A stretch of 64,000 bases of DNA from Candidatus Moanibacter sp. (GCA_965215885.1 CBDCEW010000100.1:32001-96000), one strand, 5' to 3'; shown: positions 9,270 through 20,026, numbered from the stretch's first letter. Translations and numbers: made by a program. The notes: generated by a model not told the origin, from the letters alone.

Positions 9270-11096
9270 GTGGATAGAAAGTACACGATCATAGGGCTCC
9301 TTCTTCTCGGTTCGGCCCTTCTTATGCTCTTTCTGCAAAACCAGCAGCTTAAGAGATCCAGGCCGGATAGGATTGAACCCCAGGAACAGGTTTGGGAAGA
9401 ACCTCCTTCTCAGAGGGATTCGGCGATCGGCGATTCAGTTGAAAGTGAGGAGGCGAAAGAGGGTTTCATCGTCTCGGGTTCGGAACCCTCAATGGACCCT
9501 CTGGTGGAAGCGCAGGATGATCGGATTGAGCTAACGGAGCGAACACCGGAAGAGACTTATGTTATAGAGAATGATTACATCAGTATCCTTTTTACGAGTC
9601 GAGGGGGTGCCATAAAGCAGGTTGCTCTCAAACAGTACCCCGCTGCCCAGGGAGAGACTCTGCCCTATATATTTAACGAGGGCGCCAAGTATCCAGCTTT
9701 GAGTATTAGCCGGGCTTCAGACGACGGTGTTATTGAGGAGTACGATCCGGATTACAGTTTGGTGAGACTGGAAGGGAACGCCATCGAGTTCTCACGCGAG
9801 ACTTTTCCCGGCATTGAGCTGTTGCGGCACTATAGTATCTCAAATGAAACTGAAGAAGCAGCGCCGTATATCATCGAGCATGTCACAAAGATTATCAATC
9901 GAACCCCAAGCGCGTTTAAGGTAAATCGATTGTTCGTGAATGTGGGGACCGCTCCCGAGACGGAATCGGACCCCAACAATTTTCTCTTAAACCTGGCCTA
10001 TTTCGATGGTGACGATTTTGACTATATTAGCCTCAACAAATTCAAGGGCGGAGGATTTCTGGGATTTTTCAAAAGAGACCCGGTGAGCAAAATTAGAAAA
10101 CCGGTGCCGGCAGTGTGGGCAGCGGCAAAGAATCAGTTCTTCACTTCAATCGTTACTCCCGAGATACCTGGGGTGGGGGTGCTGGCGCGGCCGGTTGAGT
10201 TGAGCTCCAACCCGGATGCTGTTTCCCAAAGAGAGGGCATAACGGGGAGTATCGAGTTCGAACTGGAGAACGTAAAGCCACAGTCGGAGAGGGCTCTCAG
10301 AATCCAGTACTATGTAGGCCCGAAGGAGTATTCTCGTTTGAGCCGGCTGGAGCAAAATCAGGATCTCGTAATGCAGTTCGGCTGGTTCGGAATCATCGGG
10401 AAAACCATGCTCTACATGCTTCTCCATTTACACGGAATGGTGGGTAATTATGGTGTGGCCATCATCCTCATGACGATTTTCATACGGCTGCTCCTCTGGC
10501 CTTTAACCGCCAAGGCGGCCCAGTCCTCGAAGAAAATGCAGAAGCTTCAAGGACCGCTTCAGGAGTTGCGGGAGAAGTACAAAGACAACCAGGAGAAACT
10601 CAACCGGGAGATGATGAAGCTGTGGAAAGAGCATGGAGTTAATCCGTTTGCCGGGTGCTTTCCGATCGTAATTCAGCTTCCCATCTTCATATCCTTCTTT
10701 TACATGTTGCGCAGCGCCTCGGAGCTGCGATTCGAGGGTTTTCTGTGGGTGCGGGATCTTTCTCTTCCCGATACGATCGCCACGATAGGCGGATTTCCTT
10801 TCAACCCACTGCCCCTCGTGATGACCGTCTCGATGTATTATCAGATGCGAATGACGCCCATGAATGTGGACCCCGCCCAGCAGAAGATCTTCAGGATGAT
10901 GCCATTCATCTTTCTCTTCATCTGTTATCAATTCTCCTCCGGGCTCGTTCTTTATTGGACTATGTCGAATTTCTTCTCTATCTTACAACAGTACTTGACC
11001 AATAGGAAAAAGGACCCCGAGGAGGTGACTCCGGCAGCAGTTGCAAAGAGTTTCAAAGCTGGCAGGAAGAAACCCAAAAAGAAAAGAAGGAGGTAA
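9270..11096 (+). CDS. yidC: Membrane protein insertase YidC
   Basis: N-terminal TM, periplasmic domain, GNYGVAII, NPFAGCFP, WVRDLS, GLVLYW motifs. Confidence 0.95.
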   Translation: MDRKYTIIGLLLLGSALLMLFLQNQQLKRSRPDRIEPQEQVWEEPPSQRDSAIGDSVESEEAKEGFIVSGSEPSMDPLVEAQDDRIELTERTPEETYVIENDYISILFTSRGGAIKQVALKQYPAAQGETLPYIFNEGAKYPALSISRASDDGVIEEYDPDYSLVRLEGNAIEFSRETFPGIELLRHYSISNETEEAAPYIIEHVTKIINRTPSAFKVNRLFVNVGTAPETESDPNNFLLNLAYFDGDDFDYISLNKFKGGGFLGFFKRDPVSKIRKPVPAVWAAAKNQFFTSIVTPEIPGVGVLARPVELSSNPDAVSQREGITGSIEFELENVKPQSERALRIQYYVGPKEYSRLSRLEQNQDLVMQFGWFGIIGKTMLYMLLHLHGMVGNYGVAIILMTIFIRLLLWPLTAKAAQSSKKMQKLQGPLQELREKYKDNQEKLNREMMKLWKEHGVNPFAGCFPIVIQLPIFISFFYMLRSASELRFEGFLWVRDLSLPDTIATIGGFPFNPLPLVMTVSMYYQMRMTPMNVDPAQQKIFRMMPFIFLFICYQFSSGLVLYWTMSNFFSILQQYLTNRKKDPEEVTPAAVAKSFKAGRKKPKKKRRR

Positions 11097-11113
11097 AGGG
11101 GTAAGGAAAGACC

Positions 11114-11857
11114 ATGTCCGGCCACAGCAAATGGGCGACGACAAAACGCCATAAGGCCTCGGTGGATGCCAAACGTGGCAAAATCTTCAGCGTTGTCGCC
11201 AAGGAATTGGCCATCGCTGCTCGCGAGGGAGGGAGCAACCCCGAATTCAACTCTCGACTTCGCACTGTTATCAGTAAAGCGAAGACGGCCAATATGCCGG
11301 CCGAAAATATCGACCGGGCGATCAAAAAAGGCACCGGCGAATTACCGGGAGTGACTTTGGAACAGATTACCTACGAGGCCTATGGACCCGGCGGAGTCGG
11401 TTTGATTATTGAGGTGACAACCGATAACAGGAACCGCAGCGTTTCGGAGGTTCGCAACGCCGTGACGAAGGCGGGTGGCAATCTTGCCGGCGCTGGCGCC
11501 CTCGCGTTTAACTTCCGAAAACATGGACAGTTTCTGATCGCCGCGGGAAAGACCTCGGAGGACAATCTGATGGAGAGAGTGGTCGATGCGGGGGTCGACG
11601 ATATCAAGGACGAAGGTGATCATTTTGAAGTGGTTTGCCCTGTAAACGAATTCGACAATGTCGCGCAAGCTCTGGAAAAGGCCGCCATCCAGCCCGATTC
11701 TTCAGAATTGGCCTGGATTCCCAATAGCCTGATTTCGGTATCTGAAAGCCAGAATGCGAAAAAAATTCTCGCCCTAATTGATGCTCTTGAAGATCTCGAA
11801 GATGTGCAAAACGTCTTCGCGAACTACGATATCGATGACAGCCTCCTGGATGGCTGA
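11114..11857 (+). CDS. yebC: YebC/PmpR family protein
   Basis: MSGHSKWATTKRHK start; YEAYGPGG; TDNRNRS; DLEDVQNVFAN. Confidence 0.95.
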   Translation: MSGHSKWATTKRHKASVDAKRGKIFSVVAKELAIAAREGGSNPEFNSRLRTVISKAKTANMPAENIDRAIKKGTGELPGVTLEQITYEAYGPGGVGLIIEVTTDNRNRSVSEVRNAVTKAGGNLAGAGALAFNFRKHGQFLIAAGKTSEDNLMERVVDAGVDDIKDEGDHFEVVCPVNEFDNVAQALEKAAIQPDSSELAWIPNSLISVSESQNAKKILALIDALEDLEDVQNVFANYDIDDSLLDG

Positions 11858-11986
11858 CCTGACCTGAAACTTCTCTGCCGTACGGTAGAGCGGGTCTCCG
11901 GACGATGGACTAACGTTATCGCAGAGCAGCAACTTTCGGCCGGATCGCGGCGCCGACCCCTTCGACGCTGCTCAGGGTTGAAAAGT

Positions 11987-12117
11987 TCTCCTCCTCGTCC
12001 TCGGAGCGCAGCGATCTTTATGGAACGATCTATCCGAGAAATCACTCCTACCACTCTCCGATTCACTTTGATTGAGCGTCAACTTTGCATTTCAGGCTGT
12101 TTCGAGGACGAGAACGA
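11987..12117. repeat. Intergenic repeat family B with (CTCGTC)n/(GACGAG)n inverted ends
   Basis: Core ctcggagcg...gaacgatctat...cactctccgattca...ttcgaggacgag shared with 56757-56907. Confidence 0.75.
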
Positions 12118-12202
12118 TTTGTAAGAGGACTCGGAAACCCAAATTAGAGGTTTCACACCCGTTTGATCCGGCTGCCCGCCGGGGGCCGTACTGACCAGTA
12201 AT

Positions 12203-12910
12203 CTACCTTCTAAATAATTCTGGCAAAACATCGACGACACTGATTCCCCCGACGCCGGCGGTGAGTAAAGCGAGCGCATAGGTGAGGTAAATGATGGGCG
12301 TAAACATCAGAATGCGGAAGAATTGCAGATTTATGAGAACAAGGAGAATTAGAAAACCCCATCGGGAAAGGTTTGTGTAGGTCTCTTCGCTCATCCCGAC
12401 GGCGTAGCGTAGAAAGTGAGAACCGTCCAGGGGAGGAATTGGTATCATATTGAAGATGATCAGGGCGACGTTGAGCATAATGATCTTCCCGAAGAGCGGG
12501 GCGATACCCGGGATGAACCGCGATAGTATCCCTCCAACGAAAGCTGCCCCCAATGCAATGACAAGATTTGAAGCGGGGCCGGCAGCGGTTACGAGAAGGT
12601 GATCCCGCACCCGCTTCCGGAAATTGTAAACGTTGACCTGGACCGGCCGTCCCCACCCGATGAGCGCGAGCGGAAATGAGCCGCCGAATAGTAGGGGAGA
12701 AAAGATCATGAACAGCGGGATGAGCCCGGTGCCGATTGGATCGAGGTGAGCGAGGGGATTTAATGTTACACGCTCTTGCTGTCTGGGCGTCGAGTCACCT
12801 AATCGATCAGCGGTTACTGCATGTGCCCATTCGTGTATGGCAATACTAGAAGCAAGGATTATGTAAAAAATGAGTCCGCTACGAATGAATTGGAAGGTCT
12901 CGGGATCCAT
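12203..12910 (-). CDS. Site-2 protease (M50) family membrane metalloprotease
   Basis: HEWAH, AAGPASN and NMIPIPPLDG motifs. Confidence 0.92.
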   Translation of the reverse strand: MDPETFQFIRSGLIFYIILASSIAIHEWAHAVTADRLGDSTPRQQERVTLNPLAHLDPIGTGLIPLFMIFSPLLFGGSFPLALIGWGRPVQVNVYNFRKRVRDHLLVTAAGPASNLVIALGAAFVGGILSRFIPGIAPLFGKIIMLNVALIIFNMIPIPPLDGSHFLRYAVGMSEETYTNLSRWGFLILLVLINLQFFRILMFTPIIYLTYALALLTAGVGGISVVDVLPELFRR

Positions 12911-12938
12911 TGGTTGCTAAGATGTTTGGGGTGCGGTC

Positions 12939-13892
12939 CTAATTTGCTCGCCTCGCCCTGCTTGTGAGCTTTTCGGAAACTGTCGCCACTTTGTCGAGTA
13001 CCTCCTGGCGACTGATCTGCAGTGCGGGAAATTCAATCATTTCCGCCAGTTTCCTGGCCTCCTCAAATCTTCCGAGTTCAGCCGAGGCATAGGCGCGGTG
13101 CAGTAAAACGGCATCGTTCTCCATACCTGGCTGCGACTTTTCCTGCAAGGATTCCCAAAGGCTGAGAGCTTTCTCCCAGTCCGGAGCTTCCACATCATAG
13201 AAGCTTTCGGCGTAACGATACTGAAACTGCCGATTGTTCACATCGAGACTGGCTGCTTTGGAAAAGGCTTCCTGCATATGACGGTCGAGCTCGGCGCGGT
13301 CGAACATCCCGCTCAGCAGTATGTTCTCGCTATAGGTGTTCATAATCTCGGCAATCTGGTAATGGTAAAGCGCCGATTCGGGACTGAGCACGATTGCATC
13401 GAGAAAGAAACCGAGCGCCTCCTCAAATTTACCGTGTTCCGCCATATAATTTCCAAGTTGCTGTTTTACTACGGCGATTTTGGGATCGAGCTGATCGGCG
13501 CTGAGAAATTGCCGGACCGCGTGTTCCTCCTGGCCGATCTTATTGAGCAATTTTCCGTACAGGATGTAGGCGATTACATCTTGCGGATTTCGGTGAAGAT
13601 ATTCCTCGTACTGGTTGGCGATGCTGCCTATTTTGTCCTCCAGATCGCCTTCATGATACTCTCCCTTTTTTTCTTCAATTCGTCGAAAAATGGACTCCTG
13701 CCTCTGCACGATCTCCTTCAGCCGTCTCTCAGCGAATGACTCACTGGTTGGGATTGGTTCTTTTTCCCCAGCCGATTTCGAAGTGCTCTCTTCTTTTTTT
13801 CCATACGATTGCGCAAGCAGGACAGGGAAGAGAAGGGCAACGATTATTCGAAACAGACGTCGCGCCCTCGAAGATGCGCCGTTCTTGGACAT
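12939..13892 (-). CDS. Exported TPR-repeat protein
   Basis: Hydrophobic N-terminal segment after MSKNG and helical TPR-like repeats. The upstream ORF extension to 14039 is MITE sequence. Confidence 0.7.
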   Translation of the reverse strand: MSKNGASSRARRLFRIIVALLFPVLLAQSYGKKEESTSKSAGEKEPIPTSESFAERRLKEIVQRQESIFRRIEEKKGEYHEGDLEDKIGSIANQYEEYLHRNPQDVIAYILYGKLLNKIGQEEHAVRQFLSADQLDPKIAVVKQQLGNYMAEHGKFEEALGFFLDAIVLSPESALYHYQIAEIMNTYSENILLSGMFDRAELDRHMQEAFSKAASLDVNNRQFQYRYAESFYDVEAPDWEKALSLWESLQEKSQPGMENDAVLLHRAYASAELGRFEEARKLAEMIEFPALQISRQEVLDKVATVSEKLTSRARRAN

Positions 13893-13897
13893 CGGCG

Positions 13898-14079
13898 CTA
13901 GCCCGGACATTTCACACACTTCGTAGCGAGACTGCGTAGGTTGCTGCGTATCAGTGACTATCCGCAGCACGGCGGGCGACAGCGTGTCGGAACCCTCTGA
14001 GGTCGCCGGGCAAGGGAAGGCTTTGAGACGCAGTGACATCCGCGGTCGTAGCAGAAGATTTGTGAAATGTTCGGGCTAG
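13898..14079. mobile_element. MITE-like hairpin repeat, family A (182 bp)
   Basis: CTAG-bounded terminal inverted repeats with long imperfect arms. Confidence 0.88.
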
Positions 14080-14297
14080 TTCAGCCCACAAGTCCCTCCC
14101 GATATACCGCAGGTAGGACAGTCAGGTAATGCTTGCGACAGGTCCTTCTTCTCCGAGCCGTTACCGGGAGCGAATGTTGAGAATTGCTTTTCAAGCTTCC
14201 GGCTATGACATTCCGGACATGCCGGTGCGCGGGAAGATTGTAGGAGCAATTCGAAGGATTGATCACAGTCTTCACAGATGTATTCGTATATCGGCAT
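14076..14297 (-). CDS. FmdB-family zinc-ribbon protein
   Basis: MPIYEYICEDC...FE...CPECHS pattern. Confidence 0.88.
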   Translation of the reverse strand: MPIYEYICEDCDQSFELLLQSSRAPACPECHSRKLEKQFSTFAPGNGSEKKDLSQALPDCPTCGISGGTCGLN

Positions 14298-14361
14298 GGT
14301 TTTCTTCTTTCTAAAATCCTCTAGTATCGGTTGTGTTCGGCCACATTTCAAGACAACCTTC

Positions 14362-15108
14362 TCACAGACCTTTGAAAAGATCACCGAAGGGTTCGCTCTT
14401 AAATTCGCCCGTCTTCAGGTCGATCTCGGCGATGAGCTCGGGGCCATTATTCTTCGGACTGTTTACGAGAGTCGAAATGGGAACCCGCGACATTGGTCCA
14501 GCGGGAAAGGGCCTGAAGAGGGGGCGTATGCTTTCGCTGCGGCTCTCATTCGGAACCAGCCAAAGATCGAAATCTCTCTCTTCGAGGAGCACGGGCATGC
14601 GGTCATGGATGGGTGCCATGATGTCGTTGGCCGAGGTGGTGAGGATGCTACACGACTCCAGGACAGTTCCCTCGGGGCTCTTCCATCTCTCCCACAGTCC
14701 GGCCATCGCAAACGGTTCGCCATTCCTAGCAGCAAAATAGTAGGGTTGTTTTCGGGTCGAATTTTCGGGTCGTTGCCATTCGTAGAAGCCGCTTGCCGGA
14801 ATGATACACCGCCGGCTCTTCATGGCGGCACGAAAAGACGGTTTTTCTGCCGCCGTTTCGCTGCGCGCGTTGATCATCTTGTAGCCGATCTTCGCGTCCT
14901 TTGCCCAAAACGGAACCAGCCCCCAACTAAAGAGGGATGCTTCGCGCCCACCGTCAGGTTTTGAGGAACGGATTGCGACGATCGACTGACTCGGCGTAAT
15001 GTTATAGCGAGGCTGCAGATTCTCCACAACTTCCCGGGAGAGATATTTGAGGAGAAACTTTCGCGCCAGTTCCTCCTCTTCGGCCATCAGCGTGTATCGC
15101 CCACACAT
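14362..15108 (-). CDS. SOS response-associated peptidase (SRAP/YedK/HMCES family)
   Basis: MCGRY N-terminus, RYNITPSQ, WGLVPFW, INARSET, IHDRMPV. Confidence 0.93.
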   Translation of the reverse strand: MCGRYTLMAEEEELARKFLLKYLSREVVENLQPRYNITPSQSIVAIRSSKPDGGREASLFSWGLVPFWAKDAKIGYKMINARSETAAEKPSFRAAMKSRRCIIPASGFYEWQRPENSTRKQPYYFAARNGEPFAMAGLWERWKSPEGTVLESCSILTTSANDIMAPIHDRMPVLLEERDFDLWLVPNESRSESIRPLFRPFPAGPMSRVPISTLVNSPKNNGPELIAEIDLKTGEFKSEPFGDLFKGL

Positions 15109-15214
15109 CTTATCCCTCCGACAAATTGCTTACCGTTGGTCCTCTTGAAAGGTCTCTCTCCACCTTTGACTTTGAAGCGGAACTCTCCAAACCTGCCCTC
15201 GTTCATCCGATAAA

Positions 15215-16471
15215 GTGATGACCTTGAACGACCTTCATAGCAATGAAATAGCTCGCCGCAAGGAATTCCCTATCGCGGAAAGGGAGATTTTCCTGGCCAA
15301 TGCCGCCATCTGCCCCCTGCCCAATCGAGTCGGTCAAGCCATGCGATCTCTCGTCGATGAGGCCGTTAACAACAAACTGAATCTCGACGAATTTGAAGCT
15401 CCGTATGAAGAAGCGCGCCGTCTCGCCTCTCGAATTCTGGGCTGCCGCCCTGAGAATCTAGCGCTCCTCGGCCCTACCTCCATCGGTCTCTCCCTTGTTG
15501 CCAACGGTCTCAAGTTCGAGCTGGGAGACAACATCGTTTACTACCACGATGATTACCCTTCCAATGCCGTCGTATGGATGAACCTGGAAAAGAGAGGGGT
15601 CAACTTGCGGCGCGTCAGGGTTGAGGAGCCAGGATTCATAACTGTCGACGATCTCAAACCGCTTGTCGATGAACGCACCCGCCTGGTGGCGCTCGCATCG
15701 GCACATTTCATAGGCGGTTACCGAATAGATCTCGACGCCATAGGGGAGTGGGCGAGGAGCCGAGGCGTGTTATTCTGTGTAGACGGAATCCAAACCGTGG
15801 GAGCATTGGAGACGAGCCTGGATTACGTCGATTTTCTCTCCGCGGATGCCCATAAATGGCTGCTGGGACCTACCGCAATCGGACTCTTTTATGTCAACCC
15901 CGAAGTGATGGATCTGCTTGAGCCTACCCTTCTCGGATGGAATAACGTAATCTGCCCCGAGTTTATTACGCCCGAGAAGATTGTTTTTAAACCGGACGCT
16001 GGTCGGTATGAAGCGGGTTGTCCAAATCTTGTCGGACTGCTTGGATTCCTCGCCGCTCTTGAGATGTTGAACGAGTTTGGGATTGAAGAGATTGAAAAGA
16101 CGGTGGTCGAGCATACGCGCCGCATTCGGGAGGGCGTTCGCGTGAGAGGATATACTTTGGCTTGTAGCGATGATGACCGGCTCTCCGGGATATCGACGTT
16201 TCGACGAGCGATATCGACATCGAGGCGCTCTATCAGAATCTGACGCAGGCTGGCGTTGTCTCTTCCCTCCGGACTACACCCGATGAGCAAAAGTGGCGAT
16301 ATCGACATCGAGGCGCTCTATCAGAATCTGACGCAGGCTGGCGTTGTCTCTTCCCTCCGGACTACACCCGATGAGCAAAAGTGGATACGTTATTCTCCAC
16401 ACTGTTACAAGGTTTCTTCAGTAAAACGGCAAAGCACGGACGAAATCGACGCCGCCCTCGAGATGTTATGA
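15215..16471 (+). pseudogene. Class V aminotransferase/cysteine desulfurase-like gene, 3' end disrupted by a frameshift and an 88-bp tandem duplication (possibly an assembly artefact)
   Basis: VDGIQ and DAHKWLLGP PLP motifs; duplication 16208-16295/16296-16383; C-terminal WIRYSPHCY...TDEIDAALEML lies in another frame. Confidence 0.75.
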
Positions 16472-17278
16472 AAATCGAATCTATCGTGTTCTATATCGTT
16501 ATCCCGGTCATAATCCTGGTCGTCCTGATTCTGAAAAGTGGGGGCAAGGGCAAGCGGAGATTGTTGATGGAGCAGGTTCTTTGGCCGGGAATCTCGGCAT
16601 CGGCCTGCTGGGAGGCGAGCCTGTTTTTCCGCGAATCGCTTTTCTGGAGAACGTGCTTTCTCCGCAAATCGTTTCAGGCGGAAGGGGAGTTTCGTAATCG
16701 TATTCTGGAGGATTTTCGCAAGGGATGGGTTGGGCGTTGGCTGGAGGAAATGGACAAGCTGGAGTTTCAGATTTGTCTGGCCGCGGGCAAACCATTTCTC
16801 CACCGGTTCCGGAGATAGTCGCACCAGCTTTACGCTACGGTGCGATTGATCGGTCCGAACCCTAAAGCGCTGACTTTCCAGTTTTCCCGTGAAGGTTTCT
16901 CGTACCGCAGTAAAATCGGCAAAGCAGTCATTGCTGAACTGGTCAGCACCGATGGGATGCAGGATGTGCAGGTGGGAGATACCCGCTTTGATAAGCTCTT
17001 TGTCGTCAAATCGAAGGCGATCCCGACTTTATAAGTGCGGCTCTTCTACCGGAAATAAAGGACAGATTCTATCAAGTAAAACCCGAAACCTGCCAGCCAT
17101 AGGCTGGTCCGCCCGTGGCGGAGAGGAACACGAAGCTAAAGGGACCCTTAAGCTCGAAGGGGAGGAGATGTGCTACGATGAAGTGGGCACCATTTCTACC
17201 GATGCCGTCCGCCTTCGCTGCGAAGCAGTGGCCAACCTCCTCGCCGATCTCGCTGAGGCTGTCGATGTCTATGGGTAG
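16468..17278 (+). pseudogene. Membrane-anchored hypothetical gene interrupted by three fragments of the 27565-29485 IS
   Basis: N-terminal TM (MKIESIVFYIVIPVIILVVLIL); IS-identical blocks at 16705-16793, 16927-16954 and 17077-17124. Confidence 0.6.
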
Positions 17279-17372
17279 AACGCTCCTAAGGCAGCCTTCG
17301 CCCGCCCTCTCATCTCCCATCGTGACTCTCAATCGTGAACTGCAGTCGCCCATTGACAATTCACTGGGTGCC

Positions 17373-18836
17373 TTACTGATCCGAACGGAATCGTTCGCAG
17401 ACAATCCCCGCCACTACGAACAGTGTAGCAGCGAGGAGAGCCCAAAGTGAGGGATGGAGACGATACTCGCGCGGCAGCAGGTCGGGATACCATTGCAGAA
17501 CGATTAGAATCCCTACGCCGCTGAGAATACTGCCGAAGGCGAAGCCGAGGGGAATCTTTATCTTGTAAAGACCGGCCAGAAATACGGGAGCGAGTTGCAT
17601 CATGCCGGAAAAGGAGATAAACACGAGGTCGGCCACGAGAGCGAGCGGTTTCACGCTTGCGGCGTAAGCCAGAACCGCTACTCCGAAGGTAAACCATTGA
17701 TTGAATCGAAATATCTTCTTCGTATCGACATCGGGAGTGTCACGGTGGACCTGCTCGGTAACGATGAAGCCGAATGTCAGGAGGAGCGAATCGGCCGTTG
17801 ACATGGTCGCGGCAATAATACCGACGAGGGCCATTGCTCCGAGAATACCAGGAGTAGTCGCCGCTACTCTTCCAATAATAGTGTCTCCGGATTCCAAACC
17901 CGGGAAGTGAACCGCTCCCCCTAAGCCGATTGTCCCCGATACCGCGATGAGGATAAACCCCATGAAGGGAAAGACCCAAGCCATGAGAGTGAGGGTGGAG
18001 GCGTCATTTACAATGATGTATCTCTTCGCCATGTGCGGCATGGTAAGCGATCCGATCGATATGAATAACGAAATGGCTACCAGGGTCGGGATCGTATAGA
18101 AGCCCGTCGGTCCCGGAAGACTGAGAAGGGACGGTTCGCTCACGGCATCGACGTCGCGAACGAATTGTAGGAGGTCAAAGCGCCAGAAGCGGTATAGAAA
18201 TACCGTTACTACTGAGAGAATGCCCACGAGCGTCATTACAGCCTGCACGACGTCGGTCTTTATGATGTTCTTCAGACCACCCGTTTCAGAATACAGATAC
18301 ATGACAGCTAGGGCGACGGATGCGGAGAAAAAGTAGGGGATGCCGAAAGCTCCCTCCATTAGCCGGGAGAGGCCGGTGATTTGCGCGGCGAGGTAAGGGA
18401 TAAGAAGAACGAAGGTTATCAGAATCACAGTCCATTCCAGAAAGGGTGAACGGTAATTTCTCAGAAAGAGTTGGATGGGTGAACGAAGATCAGGATATTG
18501 GCGTGCTTCCTTCCAGAGTCTCTTGCCTGCGGTTCCCGTCAGTATGCCTATTATGATGTAGGCGCAGCAGGAAAAAATCAGGTTTCCGATTCCGTGAATG
18601 TAAAAGTAACCGGCGGCGCCAATGACTGCCCCTGCGCTGAAATAGGTGGCCCAGAAAGTAAAGAGCGAAGGAACCAATCGAACGGACTTTCCGGCCAGAA
18701 AAAAGTCAGTTCGGTCGCCCTTTTGCTGGCTCCAGGAGCGGATGGTCAGAAATACCAACCAGGCTAGGTATCCGAGTAGGAGAAGCGTCGACCAGACCTT
18801 GAAGCTGGCATTTTCAGAGGTGAAGGCATTTTCCAT
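17373..18836 (-). CDS. Sodium:solute symporter (SSS) family permease
   Basis: DFFLAGK, GGLKNIIKTDVVQ and AATMSTADS motifs; many TM segments. Confidence 0.9.
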   Translation of the reverse strand: MENAFTSENASFKVWSTLLLLGYLAWLVFLTIRSWSQQKGDRTDFFLAGKSVRLVPSLFTFWATYFSAGAVIGAAGYFYIHGIGNLIFSCCAYIIIGILTGTAGKRLWKEARQYPDLRSPIQLFLRNYRSPFLEWTVILITFVLLIPYLAAQITGLSRLMEGAFGIPYFFSASVALAVMYLYSETGGLKNIIKTDVVQAVMTLVGILSVVTVFLYRFWRFDLLQFVRDVDAVSEPSLLSLPGPTGFYTIPTLVAISLFISIGSLTMPHMAKRYIIVNDASTLTLMAWVFPFMGFILIAVSGTIGLGGAVHFPGLESGDTIIGRVAATTPGILGAMALVGIIAATMSTADSLLLTFGFIVTEQVHRDTPDVDTKKIFRFNQWFTFGVAVLAYAASVKPLALVADLVFISFSGMMQLAPVFLAGLYKIKIPLGFAFGSILSGVGILIVLQWYPDLLPREYRLHPSLWALLAATLFVVAGIVCERFRSDQ

Positions 18837-18964
18837 AGTCTGGTCGAATCGGGCGGAAATCAGGATGGGGGATCTCGGAAAAGACTTTACCGCCGGCTGA
18901 GGCGTTGACAAACTTTTCCAAGCGCTTACAGGCCACCCTCGAAAAATTTGAGAAAGGGGAGAAT

Positions 18965-20002
18965 ATGATTAAAATCAAGGAGTCGGATTATCTTCCGCGG
19001 GAATGCACCTTTTCTCCCTCCGATTGGAAAGTCCTCTCCGGTTTCTGGTTCCCAATCGCCTTAAGCAAGGATATCGGCGAAAAACCGCACCCAGTGACTC
19101 TGCTCGACGAAAGGCTGATAGTCTACCGCGTTTCAGCCGGTTACGTTGTCGCCAAGGATCTGTGCGTTCACCGCGGCTCGCCCCTTTCCTATGGATCGGT
19201 GGAGGGGGATGAGATTGTCTGCGGATACCATGGCTACCATTACGGACCTGACGGGCGCTGCACCCTGGTGCCCTCAGACCCGGATATGAATATTCCGGAA
19301 AAGCTCTGCATCCAGGTCTACCCGAGTGAGGAGCGATACGGGGTAATCTGGACCTGCCTCTCGGGAACTCCCAGGAATACTATTCCGGATTGGCAGCGGG
19401 AATGGGTCGACAAGAGTTTTCGTTGGTTCACATGGGGCCCGCACATCTGGGACTGCTCGCCGGGGCGTGCGATTGAAAACTTTGTCGACACGGCTCATTT
19501 CTCTTTCGTACACCGAGGCACTTTCGGCCAGGAATCCAGTGCCCGGATGGAGGACTACAACCTCGCGCATCACGATGACGGATTTAGTATGGAGTTTGGC
19601 TACATGGCTAATAATCCGGATCAATCACCGATTAAGGGTCAGGAGCAAATTCAGCGGCGAATGATCCGGCGCTTGACCTATCCCTTCTGCACGGCATCTC
19701 AGATCTATTATCCCGAGGGAAGAGAGCACATTATACACATCACAGTGATTCCTGTCTCTGCCCGCAAGTCACAGCTCCTCTTTCTTTTCTCGCGCAACTT
19801 TGACCGTGACGTGCCCGAAGAAGAGTTGATCGCCTGGGAAGCAAGAATTCTCACCGAAGACAAGCGCTTTATTGAATCGCAGAAACCCGAGGAGATCCCT
19901 CTCGACCTCGCAGCCGAGGTGCACGTGCGCGCCGACAAAGCCTCCGTCGCCATGCGTCGGTGGATGATCGATATCGGCCTCGGCCGAGACTTCACCGCTT
20001 AG
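18965..20002 (+). CDS. Rieske non-heme iron oxygenase alpha subunit (VanA/N-demethylase-like)
   Basis: Rieske motif CVHRG...CGYHG; mononuclear Fe motif ENFVDTAHFSFVH; C-terminal EDK..IESQ.P and ADKAS. Confidence 0.88.
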   Translation: MIKIKESDYLPRECTFSPSDWKVLSGFWFPIALSKDIGEKPHPVTLLDERLIVYRVSAGYVVAKDLCVHRGSPLSYGSVEGDEIVCGYHGYHYGPDGRCTLVPSDPDMNIPEKLCIQVYPSEERYGVIWTCLSGTPRNTIPDWQREWVDKSFRWFTWGPHIWDCSPGRAIENFVDTAHFSFVHRGTFGQESSARMEDYNLAHHDDGFSMEFGYMANNPDQSPIKGQEQIQRRMIRRLTYPFCTASQIYYPEGREHIIHITVIPVSARKSQLLFLFSRNFDRDVPEEELIAWEARILTEDKRFIESQKPEEIPLDLAAEVHVRADKASVAMRRWMIDIGLGRDFTA

Positions 20003-20026
20003 ACTGTCGATTTCGTCGTCAAGCCT

